Source: Azolla caroliniana
Taxonomy: Eukaryota; Plantae; Polypodiophyta
NCBI GenBank assembly: GCA_043228905.1
Contig: JBHGNT010000013.1
Coordinates: 4,898,001 to 4,962,000, forward strand
DNA length: 64,000 bases
Reading direction: 5' to 3'
Made by a program: the position numbers and the translations under genes. Positions 12,642 to 26,616 of the stretch are shown here, one piece after another (within the stretch, counting starts at the first letter, position 1; every line of letters begins with the position of its first letter). The notes below the pieces were generated by a model that was given only the letters and a program-made list of their open reading frames with translations, was not told the DNA's origin and made no database searches.

Positions 12642-13827
12642 CAACCTGCGTCCATCCCGGCCTTGACACACATGTATCGTCGGCTGTTCTTTATCATTGT
12701 GGCACCGGGCAAACCATCCCGACACACACACACCACTCATTCATCACCACAAAATTGTCCTGTTGACAAGGATAAATACAAAAGCTCCCTAGAAAACCAA
12801 GGGTTGTGTCGATATGTTGATCGTCACACGCTGCCACTTTCTTCATGTATATCTTCCACGATGAGTTTCAACCTCAATCGTCCTTTATCCCATGCATGTG
12901 TTCCTAAGTGTAGAATGTCTTGGTCGTTTTTCACGTGTTTATTATATGTTAGAAGCACTTTTTGTTTAGAAATAATTGCAATGATAAAGTTATCCAAAGT
13001 GAAGAAGCATCATTGGAAAATATAGATGCTAAGATGTCCTAATGAGAAGGTAAAGTTTTTCCTTGTTCTTTTTCAAATGATCTGAAAAAAGTTACAAGTG
13101 TCACAAATTTGAATGGAAAAAGTGATTGCCCTTCATTTCTTTATGTAATTAACGTAGACAAGATATTGTGAAATGCACATAGGCGATCAAATCCAACCTA
13201 CTTAGCTTCTTGCTCAATTTATAGTTGATACAACCTGCATCCATCCCGGCCTCGACACACATGTATCGTCGGCTGTTCTTTATCATTGTGGCACCAGGCA
13301 AACCATCCCGACACACACACACCACTCATTCATCACCACAAAATTGTCCTGCTGACAAGGATAAATACAAAAGCTCCCTAGAAAACCAAGGGTTGTGTCG
13401 ATATGTTGATCGTCACACGCTGCCCACTTTCTTCATGTATATCTTCCACGATGAGTTTTAACCTCAATCGTTCTTTATCCCATGCATGTGTTCCTAAGTG
13501 TAGAATGTCTTGGTCGTTTTTCACGTGTTTATTATATGTTAGAAGCACTTTTTGTTTAGAAATAATTGCAATGATAAAGTTATCCAAAGTGAAGAAGCAT
13601 CATTGGAAAATATAGATGCTAAGATGTCCTAATGAGAAGGTAAAGTTTTTCCTTGTTCTTTTTCAAATGATCTGAAAAAAGTTACAAGTGTCACAAATTT
13701 GAATAGAAAAAGTGATTGCCCTTCATTTCTTTATGTAATTAACGTAGACAAGATATTGTGAAATGCACATAGGCGATCAAATCCAACCTACTTAGCTTCT
13801 TGCTTCTTGCTCAATTTATAATTGATA
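12642..13827. repeat. Recent ~590-bp tandem duplication upstream of the ZF-NAC gene
   Basis: 12642-13230 is nearly identical to 13231-13827. Confidence 0.95.
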
Positions 13828-15799
13828 CAAAGGTACCCATTTGGGTTAGCTTAGCTATATGCATGCTAAAAAGGCTAAAAGGGTGGGTTGGCTTAGGTAC
13901 ATGCATGCTAAAAAGGGTGAACACATGCACACTACAATATCATGACTTCACTAAGAGTTATATTATAAAGTTACAACTATTGGAATTTGGAATGAGAAAA
14001 GTGTTTGTTCTTGTTTCCTTCAAATAATTATCCTACCCAAGTTATCATGTACACTATCAACACTATGTCTTGGGGTTAACCCTCCATTAACACTTATACT
14101 CTTACAACTATTGGAAATTGGAACGAAAAAAAAGATTTTCATTCTTTACTTCTAGTAATTAACCTATCTAAGTTACCATGAGTCTACGGGCTATCGACAC
14201 AAATTAAAAAAGGTCTTGGAAGTAGGGCCACATTAACACTTATATTATATAATTACAAAGATTAGAAATAGGAATGAAAAAGTTACTACCCTTCTTTTCT
14301 TTCGGTAATTAACCACCCCAAAGTGTGAAAAGAACGTAGTTGAAGTTTAGTTAAATTATGGAAATTTATGGAGGTGGAATTATAAATCATTTCTAGTGGG
14401 GGACCGGGGTTCTTCCTCATTTTGAATATCTCCCTAATGTTAACGCCTAAGCCCATGTGTCTCTAATTATAAGTTAAGAGCATACTCTTTGTATTCATAA
14501 TAACTAGTGATTACATTTAGCGTAGGCTAATAATGGAGGCAAAAGTGTGTTGTTCACATGTCATTGTGACATTCTTTTATTAAGTGATTGAGTGATTGTG
14601 TTGTGTTAAAATCTCCCGTGGATTAAGTGTTTAATTAATCTTGTATAAGTGATTAAGTTACAGAGTGAGTTAAAAATTTGTGTTACTAATGGGATTAACA
14701 TATGTAGCTCATGGGTGATGGACACTCACCCTCACTTGTCTTGCCAACAAAAGGGTACACAATGATATGTCCCCACACAAGGTTAGAGATGGTTCTCAAG
14801 TAGATCACCGAGTAAAAAGTAGCCTTCAGTAAGGATACAAAAAGGCGTTACAATTTTGTCGTTGCTCTTGGAGACAACAACCATTGCTCGAAGCCATGTG
14901 GGGAGGTTTCCCCAAGCTCCTATTATTATGTATTTGCTAAGGAGGTGAGGAATAACAACCTCCAAAAATTAATCGTTACATTTTTCTCCATTGTTTTTTT
15001 GTTTTGTTTTACATCATGGTTTCCATTAGCAAACACAATTTGTGTGCCCTATTATTGCTCATTGTTTTAATGTTACTTTTTTTTCTCTCTCTCACCAATT
15101 AATCACATGTAATGTTTAATTGTTCTAATCCATTCACTTAACACTACACATAACCATAATTATCGACAACACTATGCTAAGGGCCATTATTACATTCTCT
15201 TCCCAAGACGATCTAGTCCTAAGGCAAAGAATATTAGCACATTCAAGAAGGTCAAATATACCTTTGTGACGTTTCACTTAAAAATTCTTCAAGTTTCGGC
15301 ACAAGCAAAACACACAAACACACGACTCAAATTTGTTGTGTTGAGCCATCATGTGAGTGGTCAACAATCAATAAGGGCTGTCATGTTTATTTTCTTTTTT
15401 ATCGTAACCTCTCCATTGATTCTATCATGTAGGCACGTGTTCTTGTTGTGTAGACAACCACTATCATCATGTTGAGACTTAAACAATCAACAAGGACCAT
15501 TGTGTTGGCATTAGCTAATACCCTCGTAACTACTTTTGTCACGTAGAGGACATCCATTGTTTGGAGACTTAAAACAAATCTCATCATGTAGAGGGCTAAA
15601 AATCTCATGAGAAACCGTTGTATTGACGAGTGGAACTGAATGATTGGGTCGAGCCTTTAAACAACTCCCGTCTTATGTACAAAATTTTGTAATCATTGTG
15701 GTCTTAATCCTAATTGAAATGAAACAAGAAGAAAATGAGAATGGCTAAGACTATGTATATCAATTAATTGGCATAAATTGGTGAGATTTTGGGTTGGGG

Positions 15800-16235
15800 A
15801 AGGTTTTAATCCTAATTGGTGTCTAGATGTTGGATTTCGTTGGATGCCAAAGGGCTCTCCTATGAGATATTTAGGGTGTGGAATTTCTTAGGAGGTTCTA
15901 CTAATTTTAAGTATCTTAGACCAAAGGTAGCTTGGAAAACTACTACAGTGCCGACTTCCGAAGGGGGTTCAAGTTTGGTGGATCCTCTGATGCAATGTAA
16001 GGCACTATTGGCAAAATTTATAGTGGGAGAATTATTGCTAGGAAGTGAGCCATGGAAGATGATTCTTCCGTTAAGAATGAAAGAGGTATTTCCAAAAATT
16101 GGAGGAGAATGGACAAGGTCTCTACAATGGTGATTTATTACTAATTTCCATTCGCATAAGATAATGTTTTAGAATGATAGGTTCTTCGTTGCGATAAAGC
16201 AAGCCTAGTGGTCCCTAAAGACTAATTTGCATCAA
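15800..16235 (+). mobile_element. LINE ORF2 fragment
   Basis: NFLGG..RPKVAWKT...EGGSSLVDP..QCKALLAKFIV...EPWK, the post-RT region of plant L1-type LINEs. Confidence 0.75.
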
Positions 16236-16241
16236 CTCTGG

Positions 16242-16710
16242 TGTTACGGGTATGATCATAATATATCCCGTGGTAAGTTTGTATTGTAGTATTCTATAAA
16301 TGTGGATAAAGTGTGAGGGTTAAATGAGTGTGTAAAGAAGGAAGGATTACTTTTAATTTTCTGAATTGAGATAACCCATAAGGACCAAGTGTGAAGTTGC
16401 CTAGGCGCCTTAGGTTTGGCTATAAATATGAGGCCTAGCTACCCTCATTAGAGAGATCATTCAACTACGCTGAGACTCTGATCTTGTGGCGATCAAACTC
16501 TTGTAGTGAGCGCCCCAATACCAGGTATGATTTGATACCAATGAGGTGGTATGGGACGTCAATCGATGCTTGAGTTTGTGTCAATCCCTTATCTTAGGGG
16601 TGGTCAGGTGGATCATCACCCTTCTTTCTCTCTCCTTTCTTATCTATCTATCTATTATTTCATTGTCACATGCTTACATTAGGATTCAACTCTAACAGTT
16701 GGTATCTGAG
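16242..16710 (+). mobile_element. Old LTR (16242-16697) followed by Met-type PBS
   Basis: TGT...AACA ends, internal TATAAAT, then tggtatctgag (1 mismatch to tggtatcagag). Confidence 0.55.
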
Positions 16711-17535
16711 TGTTTTTCCTAATGTTCTTTTGTTGTGATTTTTTTTGGACGGTGATCGATCGATGTTCGTTCGAGCTTGATCCAAAAACACATCAACAAA
16801 GGGACTTCGGTACTTCCTTTATTATTTTTTCTATTCTTTATTCTATCATTCTAATCATGCTTATGTCGATATGTAATAATTTCAATGATTCAATTATGTT
16901 GTAGTGGTAATAGTTTGGTTGTATAAAATGTACATATGTTACATATGCGTATGAGGTCAATGTCTCAGTTGCCATGTATTTGATATGCGATTTGTGTCAT
17001 ATGCGTAGGAGGTCAATACCTTCGTTACGTATTACGTCATTACATTCAACCTTATTTTTGGATGTTACGTGTGCGTAAAGGCTAGATGCCTCGATTACGT
17101 ATCTCGATTACATTATTCATGGGTTATGTTTTTTTAACAATTCTTTGATATATACATGTGTAATCACATGTATACGTATTTGATTGTATACATTTCATAA
17201 AGATATATGTGTATATTGGGAATTTGTTACGTGATATTAGTTGATCGTTTCGGAGTAAGGATCTTGGTGGCCATCCTCACATATTTGTGAGAATGACATT
17301 GTCACCATCCTTTTTCAACAATTTTATTTTGTTATCCCCGTTGGTCACCTTGATTTCGTGATGTGTAACAATTACACAAGCATAGCCACAATTGTGTTGT
17401 GAGCGCAAGGGCTTGATCCACTTTGTGCGAGGTCACCCTTAAGAAACACGCACCCCCAACATTCCGCACTTGTTACATGATTATGATGCCACCATAAGAT
17501 CATCATTATGAAAGGCATTCGTAATGAAGTAACCA

Positions 17536-18133
17536 TGTGACGGGCCATGTGGGCCTACCACAAAAAAAATGGCTAGTGTTGGTTTGACCATTACGTTACG
17601 CCTTATGGTATGCTATTGTAATGATGAGACTTGAGGTTGGGTTGTTGACCGGTGAGACAAAGGTGTGAAAGGAGACAGAAGGAGCTGAGCACTAACAACC
17701 GAATAAAGGGAACCACATATTAAGGAGGGACGAGGGTAACGCGCCAAGCATGGAAGCCTATATAAATACTAAGTGTTTTTATAATGGTAGGGGGGAATAT
17801 AGATATATTATTTTTTAAAGCAAGGTTATATTGAGAGGTAAGCGACCGTAATACCAACCATAGATCGGTACGTGTAATTGTGAGTGTTCATAATATATCA
17901 TTCGTTCTTATGGGGTAATTTGGTGTCGTGGACTTGTGTTCCAAGTGTATTGTCTGTGTAATCGTAAATCTAGAATCGGTTGTAGCCAATTCGGCTAGTT
18001 AACCTATATTGTGCTCCTTACGAAGTTAGGAACCATCTATATTCCCGAGTGCGGTGCGGGACAAACAAACTGGTTACCCTAGCAATAGTAAAGGGAAACC
18101 CTTAGTGTCGAGTTACCTCCCTTCCCCGTAACT
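17536..18133 (+). mobile_element. Probable degenerate solo LTR
   Basis: Terminal inverted ends tgtgacggg...cccgtaac, internal TATATAAATA; no clear TSD. Confidence 0.4.
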
Positions 18134-18583
18134 CTGGCTTGATACACAGTTGACGGTACGATTTGAACTTCCTCCTCCTTCCCAATACAATCACCTTGAT
18201 CTGACAAAATGTTGTGCCACATTTGCCTCTGATTGGGACAAGACACCCTTGTCCTTCTTGTTTCCTAGTTTAGCATACTCGTCTTTTAAACCATTTGTAA
18301 GGACAAGTTTTCTTCTTGGCACGAGGTACTAAGAGACACCACCAGGTTCTCCCAGGTGTCCGGTAGGGTACAAAATAGCAGCAAAGCTTGAAGATCATCG
18401 TCTAGGGGAAACTTGGCTACCGCAAGTTGATTTACTAACCCCATGAAGGTGTTGATGTGTACTATTATGCTTTCTCCATCTATGTACTTCAGTCTCACAA
18501 TCTTCCGCATCAAAGAGGCTTTGTTGAGGGCATTTTTCCTTTCATACAACCCTCACAGTTTGTGCCACATTTCGTAGGCGTTT

Positions 18584-21500
18584 TGAAGGCAACACAAGGA
18601 TTAGGGTTTAGGTAAAAAACAGAGAGGGAGAGAGTCTGAGTGAGAGAGAGAGAGATGCACGCTGTCTTGGGTACAAAGAGTGTACCTCTTTTTTGGTTTT
18701 TAGATATTATGTATATACAAGTCAAAAGTGTGCTACGAGTGCGTTCACACTCGTGCACTAATAAAAGGCACGATGGCCCTTTATTCCCAACAACCTCCCA
18801 CCTAAAGGCAATGTGCCGTGAGAAGAAAAAAAAAGAAGTCAGCTAAGTCCAAGTATGTACAAAGCTGAACTACATACATCTATCCAACTCCCATCATTTG
18901 TCGGCAATGAGCAAATCGCTCAGTTGGAAGAACCTTCGTGAGAAGATATGCAAGATTATTATTTGTATGTACTTTGACAAGCTCAATGTTCTTGTTGTCA
19001 AGTACATCTCTAATGAAGTGATACTTCATCTCTATGTGCTTCGTCTTTGCATGAAAGACATGATTATGAGCTAGCATGATAGCACTCTAGCTGTCAGAAT
19101 GAAGAATAGGTAACTTTGTAATGCCAAGATCTCTCACTAGATATGAAAGCCATAAAGCCTCTTTGCATGCCTCAGTGGTAGCAACATACTTTGCCTCTGT
19201 AGTAGACAATGCAACACACTTTTGTAGTGTGGAGATCCAAGAGACCGCTCCTCCTGTGAAAGTAAACACATACCTAGAAGTAGACTTTCTGCAGTCCGCG
19301 TGACCAGCATAGTCCGCATCTGTAAAACCAACGACAGATGCCTTTTGCTTTCCAAAGAAAATACACAAGTCCTTTGTGCCTTTGAGGTATCTCATAATAC
19401 CTTTCACCGCTTCCCAATGCTTTTTGCCGGGATTTGCCATATACCTACTAACCACTCCCACTGCAAAGGCAATATCAGGGCATGTAGCAACCATCACATA
19501 TATCAAACTGCCAACGGCTGAAGCATATGGAACCTTAGCCATTTCAGACTTCTCATAATTAGATGTAGGGTTGTCTTCTGCACTGAGTTTCAAATATGGA
19601 GGCAATGGAACCCCAATTGTTCCCCCCCCTCCCATATTGAAACACTGCAAAACCTTAGAGATATACTCCTGCTGAGATAGAAAGAGTACCCCTTTCGATC
19701 GGTTTCGGAGTATTCGCATGCCAAGGATGTGATTTGCATCACCAAGATCCTTCATATCAAAGCTACCATGAAGGCTTTGCTTCAATGAATCCAAGGCATG
19801 AATATCCTTGCCAGCAATCAACATATCATCAACATACAAAACCAAGATAATCAGGCTGCCATCTCCTGCCTTCTTGGTGTACAAGCAATGGTCCACTTGA
19901 CTTCTACGAAAACCTTGAGACTGCATAAATGCATCAAATTTATGATACCATTCTCTTGGTGCTTGTTTCAACCCATAAAAACTCCTTTTGAGCTTACAAA
20001 CCATCTTCTCTTTGCCTTTAGCCACAAAACCTTCAGGCTGTTGCATATATATGTCTTCATGCAGATCACCATGTAAAAAGGCGGTCTTCACATCCATCTA
20101 TATGAGCTCCATATCTTCAGCTGCAACTAAGCCCAAAATGATTCTTAATGTAGTCATCTTGACTACAAGCGAGAAGATCTCATCAAAATCAACTCCATAT
20201 TCCTGCCTGTATCCTTTTGCAACCAATCTTGCTTTGTACTTTGGCGAGGAATTAGAAATGACCTTCATTTTATAAACCCATTTGCATGGAAGTGTTTTCT
20301 GCCCTTTAAGCAACTGCACCAAATCCCAACTGTCATTTTTCTCAAGAGATTTCATCTATGACAACATGGCTTTATACCATTTCTTATTGTCCTGTCTGTC
20401 CATTGCTTCCTTGAAGCAAGACGGTTCGCCACAATCAGTCACCATGACATAATCATCCACACAGTTTGAATCAGGAACAAATCTGTCAGGCTGTCTAGTA
20501 ACTCTAGATGATCTCCTAACCCAATGCTCATTGTTTGGTAGTTGTTGAGCCTGCAAATCATCATTTTCAACTTGTTGTCCAGGCATTTCAGGTTGCAAAT
20601 AAGCATTAACAGCTTGCTGTTCTAGCCGTTCCTGCAAATCATCATTATTGGCAAAGGTTGGCTGATCATTTCCAACCTCATTTTCTGCATTTGTAGGTAA
20701 GTTTACAACTGGTGTCTGCTGCTATACAACAGGCACATTTTTCTGTCTAAAAGGCATTTCTTCTCGGAATACAACCCTTCGTACTTCCTTGGTCTTTTCG
20801 GGTTGTTTATGCATGCGATTTTCCTAGAAGATAACATCATTGCAACGTATTATTTTTCTTTTCTTGGGATCCCACAATCTATACCCCATTTCACCCTCGT
20901 CACCGTATCCTAGGAAAATACATTTGCAGAACTTTGGCTCAAGTTTGTTGCGTTCTTCTTTATGAATGTGCACAAAAGCCTCACAACCAAACACTCTCAA
21001 GTGAGCATATGAAGGTGGCTTGCCCGACCACGCTTCTTTGGGTATTCCCCCTCCCAAAGACTTGTTAGGTGACCGATTAATCAAGTGAACAACTGTCATA
21101 ACAGCCTCTACCCAAAAACCATGGGGTAACGCAGCATGAGAAAACATAGTACGGACCTTATCTTGAATAGTCCGATTCATACGCTCTACAACTCCATTTT
21201 GGGGTGGATTATAAGGGGTAGTGAGTTCCCTCTTTATCCCTTTGCTATCACAAAATGCTTGAAAAGCCTTGGACACATATTCCCCACCATTGTCAGAGTG
21301 AAGACTCTTAAGTTTCTTATCAATTTGATTCTCAACTAATGCCAAAAATGTTCGAAACTTGTCGAGCACTTCGTCCTTGCTACGAATAGGGTAAACCCAT
21401 ACCTTCTGTGTAGCATCATCAACAAAAGTGACTAAGTATTTAGCCTTGGCATCTGACATAAATCTGAATGTACTAACTCAAGTGGAGACGACTTTAGTGA

Positions 21501-23399
21501 AAGAGACTTTTTATGAGATGTTTGTACATGTTTACCATAAATGCAATGATGACAATGTTCAAAATCAGCATAACGAGGACATGGCAAGTAACCCAAATGA
21601 GACAATACTTTCATACCAGTTTCACTCATGTGTCCCAACCGGCCATGCCACAAAGAAACACTAGGCTGCTCGGTTATGGCAACAACATGATCACTCACAC
21701 TAGATACATGGAGAGGATACAAAGTCTCACTTTTACTACCCTTGGCAATAACTCTAGATCCCTTACAAATCTTCCATTTCCCATCACCAAAGGTTGTGTG
21801 AAATCCATCATCATCTAGTTGTCTTGTGCTAATCAAGCTCTTCTTGAGCTGAGGTACATGCCATATATCCTGAAGTGTGAAAGCAGAACCATGCTGAAAC
21901 TGTAATTGCACAGTGCCAATACCTGCAATTTCACATGCATAGTTGTCCCCAAGATGGACAACACCATGTCGACCCCCTGAGTAATCTCAAAATCACTCAT
22001 GATGAGGGGTGACGTGAAAAGAAGCACCAGAATCTATATCTGCAAATAAAGCATGTTCTCTATTGCATGATGAAACAAAGAGTACAACATTTCCACTATC
22101 ATTATCATGAGTGACTACATTCACCTCTTCAATTTTAGTATTGCCTTTCCTTGGTTGAATGTCTCTCTTTTCTTCTATGAAATCATCTATCTTCTTGCCC
22201 TTTCCTTTCTCTTTCTTCCATTTGAATCAATCACATTTAAAGTAACCCTTTTTGCTACAGTGATGGCATTCTACATCTTTACCACGTGATTTACTACGGC
22301 CATAACTATCAGATTTGCCTCTTTGTTATGACCTACCCCTCATATGCAACGCACTAGAGGACTTATTGGATGCATTGTTTTGCCGTCTCATCTCTTCCAC
22401 GAGTAGAGAACTCTCTACATCAGCATAAAGAAGCATCACATTTGAATTGCTCATAGCAGTCCTGAAAGTATCCCAACTTTCTAGCAAGGTGCAAAGTAAA
22501 AATGTGGTTTTAAAATCATCATCAATGATGAATTTCAAGGCAAACAACTGGCAGAAAATGGAATTGAACTCACTCAGGTGAGTTGACATGGGTGTGCCCT
22601 CTGTCATACGCAAATCCATAAGTTTCTTAAGCCAATAAACTTTGCTAGTTGTCGTCTTCTGGGAATACAATTCCTCTAGTCTAGTCCATATAGAATAGGC
22701 ACAGTTCAAACCTTCAATATTAAATAGCAAGGCATTAGAAATCGACAACTCAATAGTCGAGCGTGCAAGCTCGTTCAACTCTTGCCAATCATCTTTGTCC
22801 ATGTCTGTAGGCTTTACCCCTTTGACTTTAATAGGCTTTGCATGCTTCTTCTGCAACAGGATGTTGTAGCACCGCTTTTTCCAAACCGCAAAGTTATGTG
22901 CACCCTCAAGCTGCTTGATGTGCATAAGGTGGCTAATGTCACTGTTTCTAGTCACGATTTCTTAGCCCAAATAGAGGACCAAACCTACTCTGTAGAAAAT
23001 GTGATCTGCTTTGCAGAAAACGCTAAACTCTACTCTGCAGAAAACCTTAAATTTTGCTTTGCAAAAAACCCTTAAACTCTGCTTTGCAGAAAAACCCTAA
23101 ACTCTGCTCTACAGAAAACCCTAAACTTTGCTCTGTAGAAAACCCTAAACTTTGCTTTGCAAAAAACCTTAAACTATGCTCTGATACCAGTTTGAAGGCA
23201 GCACGAGGATTAGGGTTTAGGTAAAAAACAGAGAGGGAGAGAGTCTGAGTGAGAGAGAGAGATGCACGTTGTCTTGGGTACAAAGAGTGTAACTCTTTTT
23301 TGGTTTTTAGATATTATGTATATACAAGTCAAAAGTGTGCTACGAGTGCGTTCACACTCGTGCACTAATAAAAGGCACGATGGCCCTTTATTCCCAACA
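18584..23399 (-). mobile_element. Full-length Ty1/Copia element, degenerate gag-pol
   Basis: LTRs 18584-18792 and 23193-23399 (4 substitutions + one 2-bp indel), TSD CGTTT, PBS tggtatcagagc, PPT, gag-PR-IN-RT(YVDD)-RH order with in-frame stops. Confidence 0.95.
22980..23178. repeat. ~22-24 bp tandem repeats in Copia 5' UTR
   Basis: Repeated tgcagaaaaccctaaactctgct units. Confidence 0.8.
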
Positions 23400-24392
23400 C
23401 GTTTGTGTCATTAGTCACATGCTGTAGAACAATCATGTCTACACATTGTCTGATGGTGGCCACTGTCTTTCTATTTAGGAGTTTCCACTCAGACTCCAAC
23501 ACCCTTATGGGTATTTGACTCCTGTCTATGGGCTTGTACAGGTCTTTGACTATCAGAAGATCTTCCATCTTGATCTTCCAATCTGAGTAGTTTTGTGAGT
23601 TCAGGGTCACTATCATTCTTGGAAAACCACTCACACCACCTTCCATCTTACACCTCACGCTCTGATACTAGTTTGTTAAGTTTAGAGCCGTAGACAGACA
23701 AGAAAGGTAGACTGAAGTATACAAACAGAAACTGAAATACATAGTACACAATTTTTACGTGGAAACACTAAAATAGGGTAAACCACAGGGCAATAGATCT
23801 TCACTATATAATAGAGGTGGATGAAGAAAAATCAGATTACAAAGACTCTACTAAACAGAGTATTCACCACTTAGGGTTTTGGCAAGTTAACCTAACTATC
23901 CCTACACTACATCTCTTGTCTCCTTCCTACTCTCTGCTACACTACTATCCACTCTCTACACAGTTTTGCTTCTTCTCCTTTAGAGTTTGCCCTAGCTCCA
24001 CATATTTATAGATGGAATAAGTTATTATTATTATATAATAATAAAAGCAGTTAATCGGTTGACTGGTCGACTCGAATGTCTGACCCACAAGTTGTTAGTC
24101 TAGTCGATTTGACTAGCCAACTCCTATGTTGACTATCCAGTCGGTCCGACTAGCAGACGTTGTCATCGACCATCAAGTTGGCCCAAATAGTCGGCCTAGT
24201 CTTTCACTTGGATCAACCATCCAATACAGTTGACTACCTCAGTCAACTCTCCATTTGCTTCAATTGGATTATTCCTCTAATCAATTGACTACCAAGTTGA
24301 CTCGCTGGTCGATCCATTCGACCATCCTGAATTTGGCTTGTCTACTTCTCCAATTCGACAACCGACTTCTCTCATTAGGAGGGACAAAAACC

Positions 24393-24496
24393 TGTGAAGA
24401 GTTATGTGTGGAAGTTCGTAGACACAACCAACTCAGCCGAATAGCAATAGAAAGTATATGCAAGTTTAATGGAAGGCTTGAAACACATAGAGAGTA

Positions 24497-24561
<65 letters not shown>

Positions 24562-25209
24562 ACAACACAAAAAACTATATTCAAAATAACACTCAATAAT
24601 CTGTACATACTAATGTGCTCAAAGAGCACTTTAATACAAGTCCTTAAAAGGACTGATAGAAGTACTGACAAGCAGTTCAATACTCATAACTAAGTTATGA
24701 CACAAACTCCCAAAAATATGTCTACCTAATAGGCTAGGACCATAGGTCTCTAATGGCCTACCGCTTACAAACAAATGTGGATACTAATCCGGCTCCCTAT
24801 TCTGGACACCAATTTGGCTCTTGGTTTTGGATGCTGCTTCAGCTCTTCATTTTGGATTACAATCCGGCTCTGGTTTATTCAAGCGATCCGGATTATGTTG
24901 AGCTTGTCCGCTCAACACTCCCCCTCAACCTCAACTTGAGGTCGGATCGTGGTGTCTATCATTGCCGTCCTTGCTTATGGCTTCTCCTGACATCATCATG
25001 CCTCGGTTCCGCTCCTCGACCCATTTGGTCTCACTTTCCATGACCCGTCTAGTTCGCTGCACCTCGACCTTCTCGGTTGGCTTGTTTGCTCAAAAGGCCC
25101 ATCTCAGCTCCTTTGCTGGTGTGACTTCAACGCTTCTTGACCTGTCAGCTCCTTCGTGTCGATGTCGACTTCTGCTGCCCTCTCATCCGCTTGGTCTTCA
25201 ATTGATTCG
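24393..25209 (-). mobile_element. Copia 3' end (LTR 24393-24917, PPT, 3' internal region); same family as element at 45609
   Basis: ctcaaca|ctccccctcaa LTR/PPT junction matches 46022-46040. Confidence 0.75.
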
Positions 25210-26616
25210 TGTTGAGATATCAAGCTCAACTAGTTTAATCTAGTTAGTCAACACATGTAACTTAGTAGTTACCTAGATCGAATCTAGTTAATGTGTTGAC
25301 CTTAAGCCTTAAATAGGACCTTGTACTTAAGTGGGATATTCTAGATCCTCCACTCCTTAGTACATTTAATGTAGGACTTACACATAAGTACCTATGTTCT
25401 ACCCACACATGTGCACCTTTGCACATGGGTTGTATATATACCTCATTGTGGATATTTTTGTAGTCGATGACACTTTTCAATATAGTCAATCATCCCCCAT
25501 TTATCTTTGTGTTCAAGTGTAACTTCCTCTCTCTCTCTCTCTCTCTCTTCCCCTCACACACTCTCACGCGCATATCATACTAATCTTCCGCTGCTTAACG
25601 TAACCATATAATTAGTCTCTAATTAACCCTAGTTAATTACCTAATTACTTAACATGGTATCAGAGCGCGTGATTTAGGAAATCCACTAAGCCCACCGCTT
25701 ATTCATGATTGTGTGTTCAAGACGCCGACGACAAATCCCGGCTATTCGCTATCCACTACCGTAGTGCCGCTACGAAGGACGTGTACGCGACCAAGAGAAG
25801 AAAAACAAAATGGAAGACACAACAATCAACATGAACAAAAAAATGGGAAGCTCGCTCCCTAGCGAAAAGCTAGACTGAAGTGACTATTCATCTTGGGAGT
25901 ACAAGATGAATCAATACCTTGTCGGCCAAGGGTATTGGAGCTACATCAACGGCACACAAGAAAACAAACCCGAAACCACACACGCCAACTACCCAACGTG
26001 GGAGCAAGGCGCGAGTCGGGTAATGTATTGCTTGGCAACATGTGTAAATGACCACATGCTTAGCCACATTCGTGACACCAAGACGCCCAAAGAGGCGTGG
26101 GAAAATCTCAAGAAGATTTTCGCCGTGGACACATCTGCGCGCAAGCTTCAACTCCGGCAAGAGTTGAACAACATACGACAAAAAGAAATGTCCGTGACGG
26201 ACTACACCGCCAAGATCAAGAGCATTTGCGACTCTCTTGGCTCCATCAACGTCAACATCGACGAGGACGAGATGGTGCAAGTATGCTTGGGCGGCCTCGC
26301 ACAACGATTCAACCCGTTGAGAATGGCAATCTTGGCGAGAGATACCCCTCCCTCGTTCTTCAACCTCCAATCAATGCTATTGGTTGAAGAAAACCATGTT
26401 CAACCAAAGACCAACACATCGGAAGGACAAATGCTCTTCTCCGATACGGATGGTGTCCATAGACGAGGTCGACGCGGAAGAGGTCAATTCGACCTATACC
26501 ACGAAGGGAATTCACAATTTCGGCAAGGAAACGGAAGCCATCGAGGAACCTTCACAAGAAGGGGGAGCTTCCACACCAAACAAGGTCGGCGAACGACGCC
26601 ACCTACGTGCAACTAA
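25210..26616 (+). mobile_element. 3'-truncated Copia (LTR 25210-25654, PBS 25655-25666, gag)
   Basis: TGTTGAG..TTAACA, tggtatcagagc, gag (UBN2-type) ORF 25906-26616. Confidence 0.85.

Larger units (their letters stand above)
18134..24391 (-). mobile_element. Truncated Copia element (5' LTR ~23674-24391, PBS, gag) interrupted by a younger Copia
   Basis: Gag reads continuously across the insertion (…QHVTNDTN | AYEMWHKL…ERKNALNKASL); PBS-like tagtatcagagc at ~23659-23670. Confidence 0.75.

Noticed and set aside
12633-13615. Duplicated short ORFs in the tandem duplication
   Set aside because: Non-ATG starts, a frameshift between copies and no recognisable domain
14340-15750. AT-rich region with faint repeat or LTR-like character
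   Set aside because: No termini, TSD or coding motif could be identified
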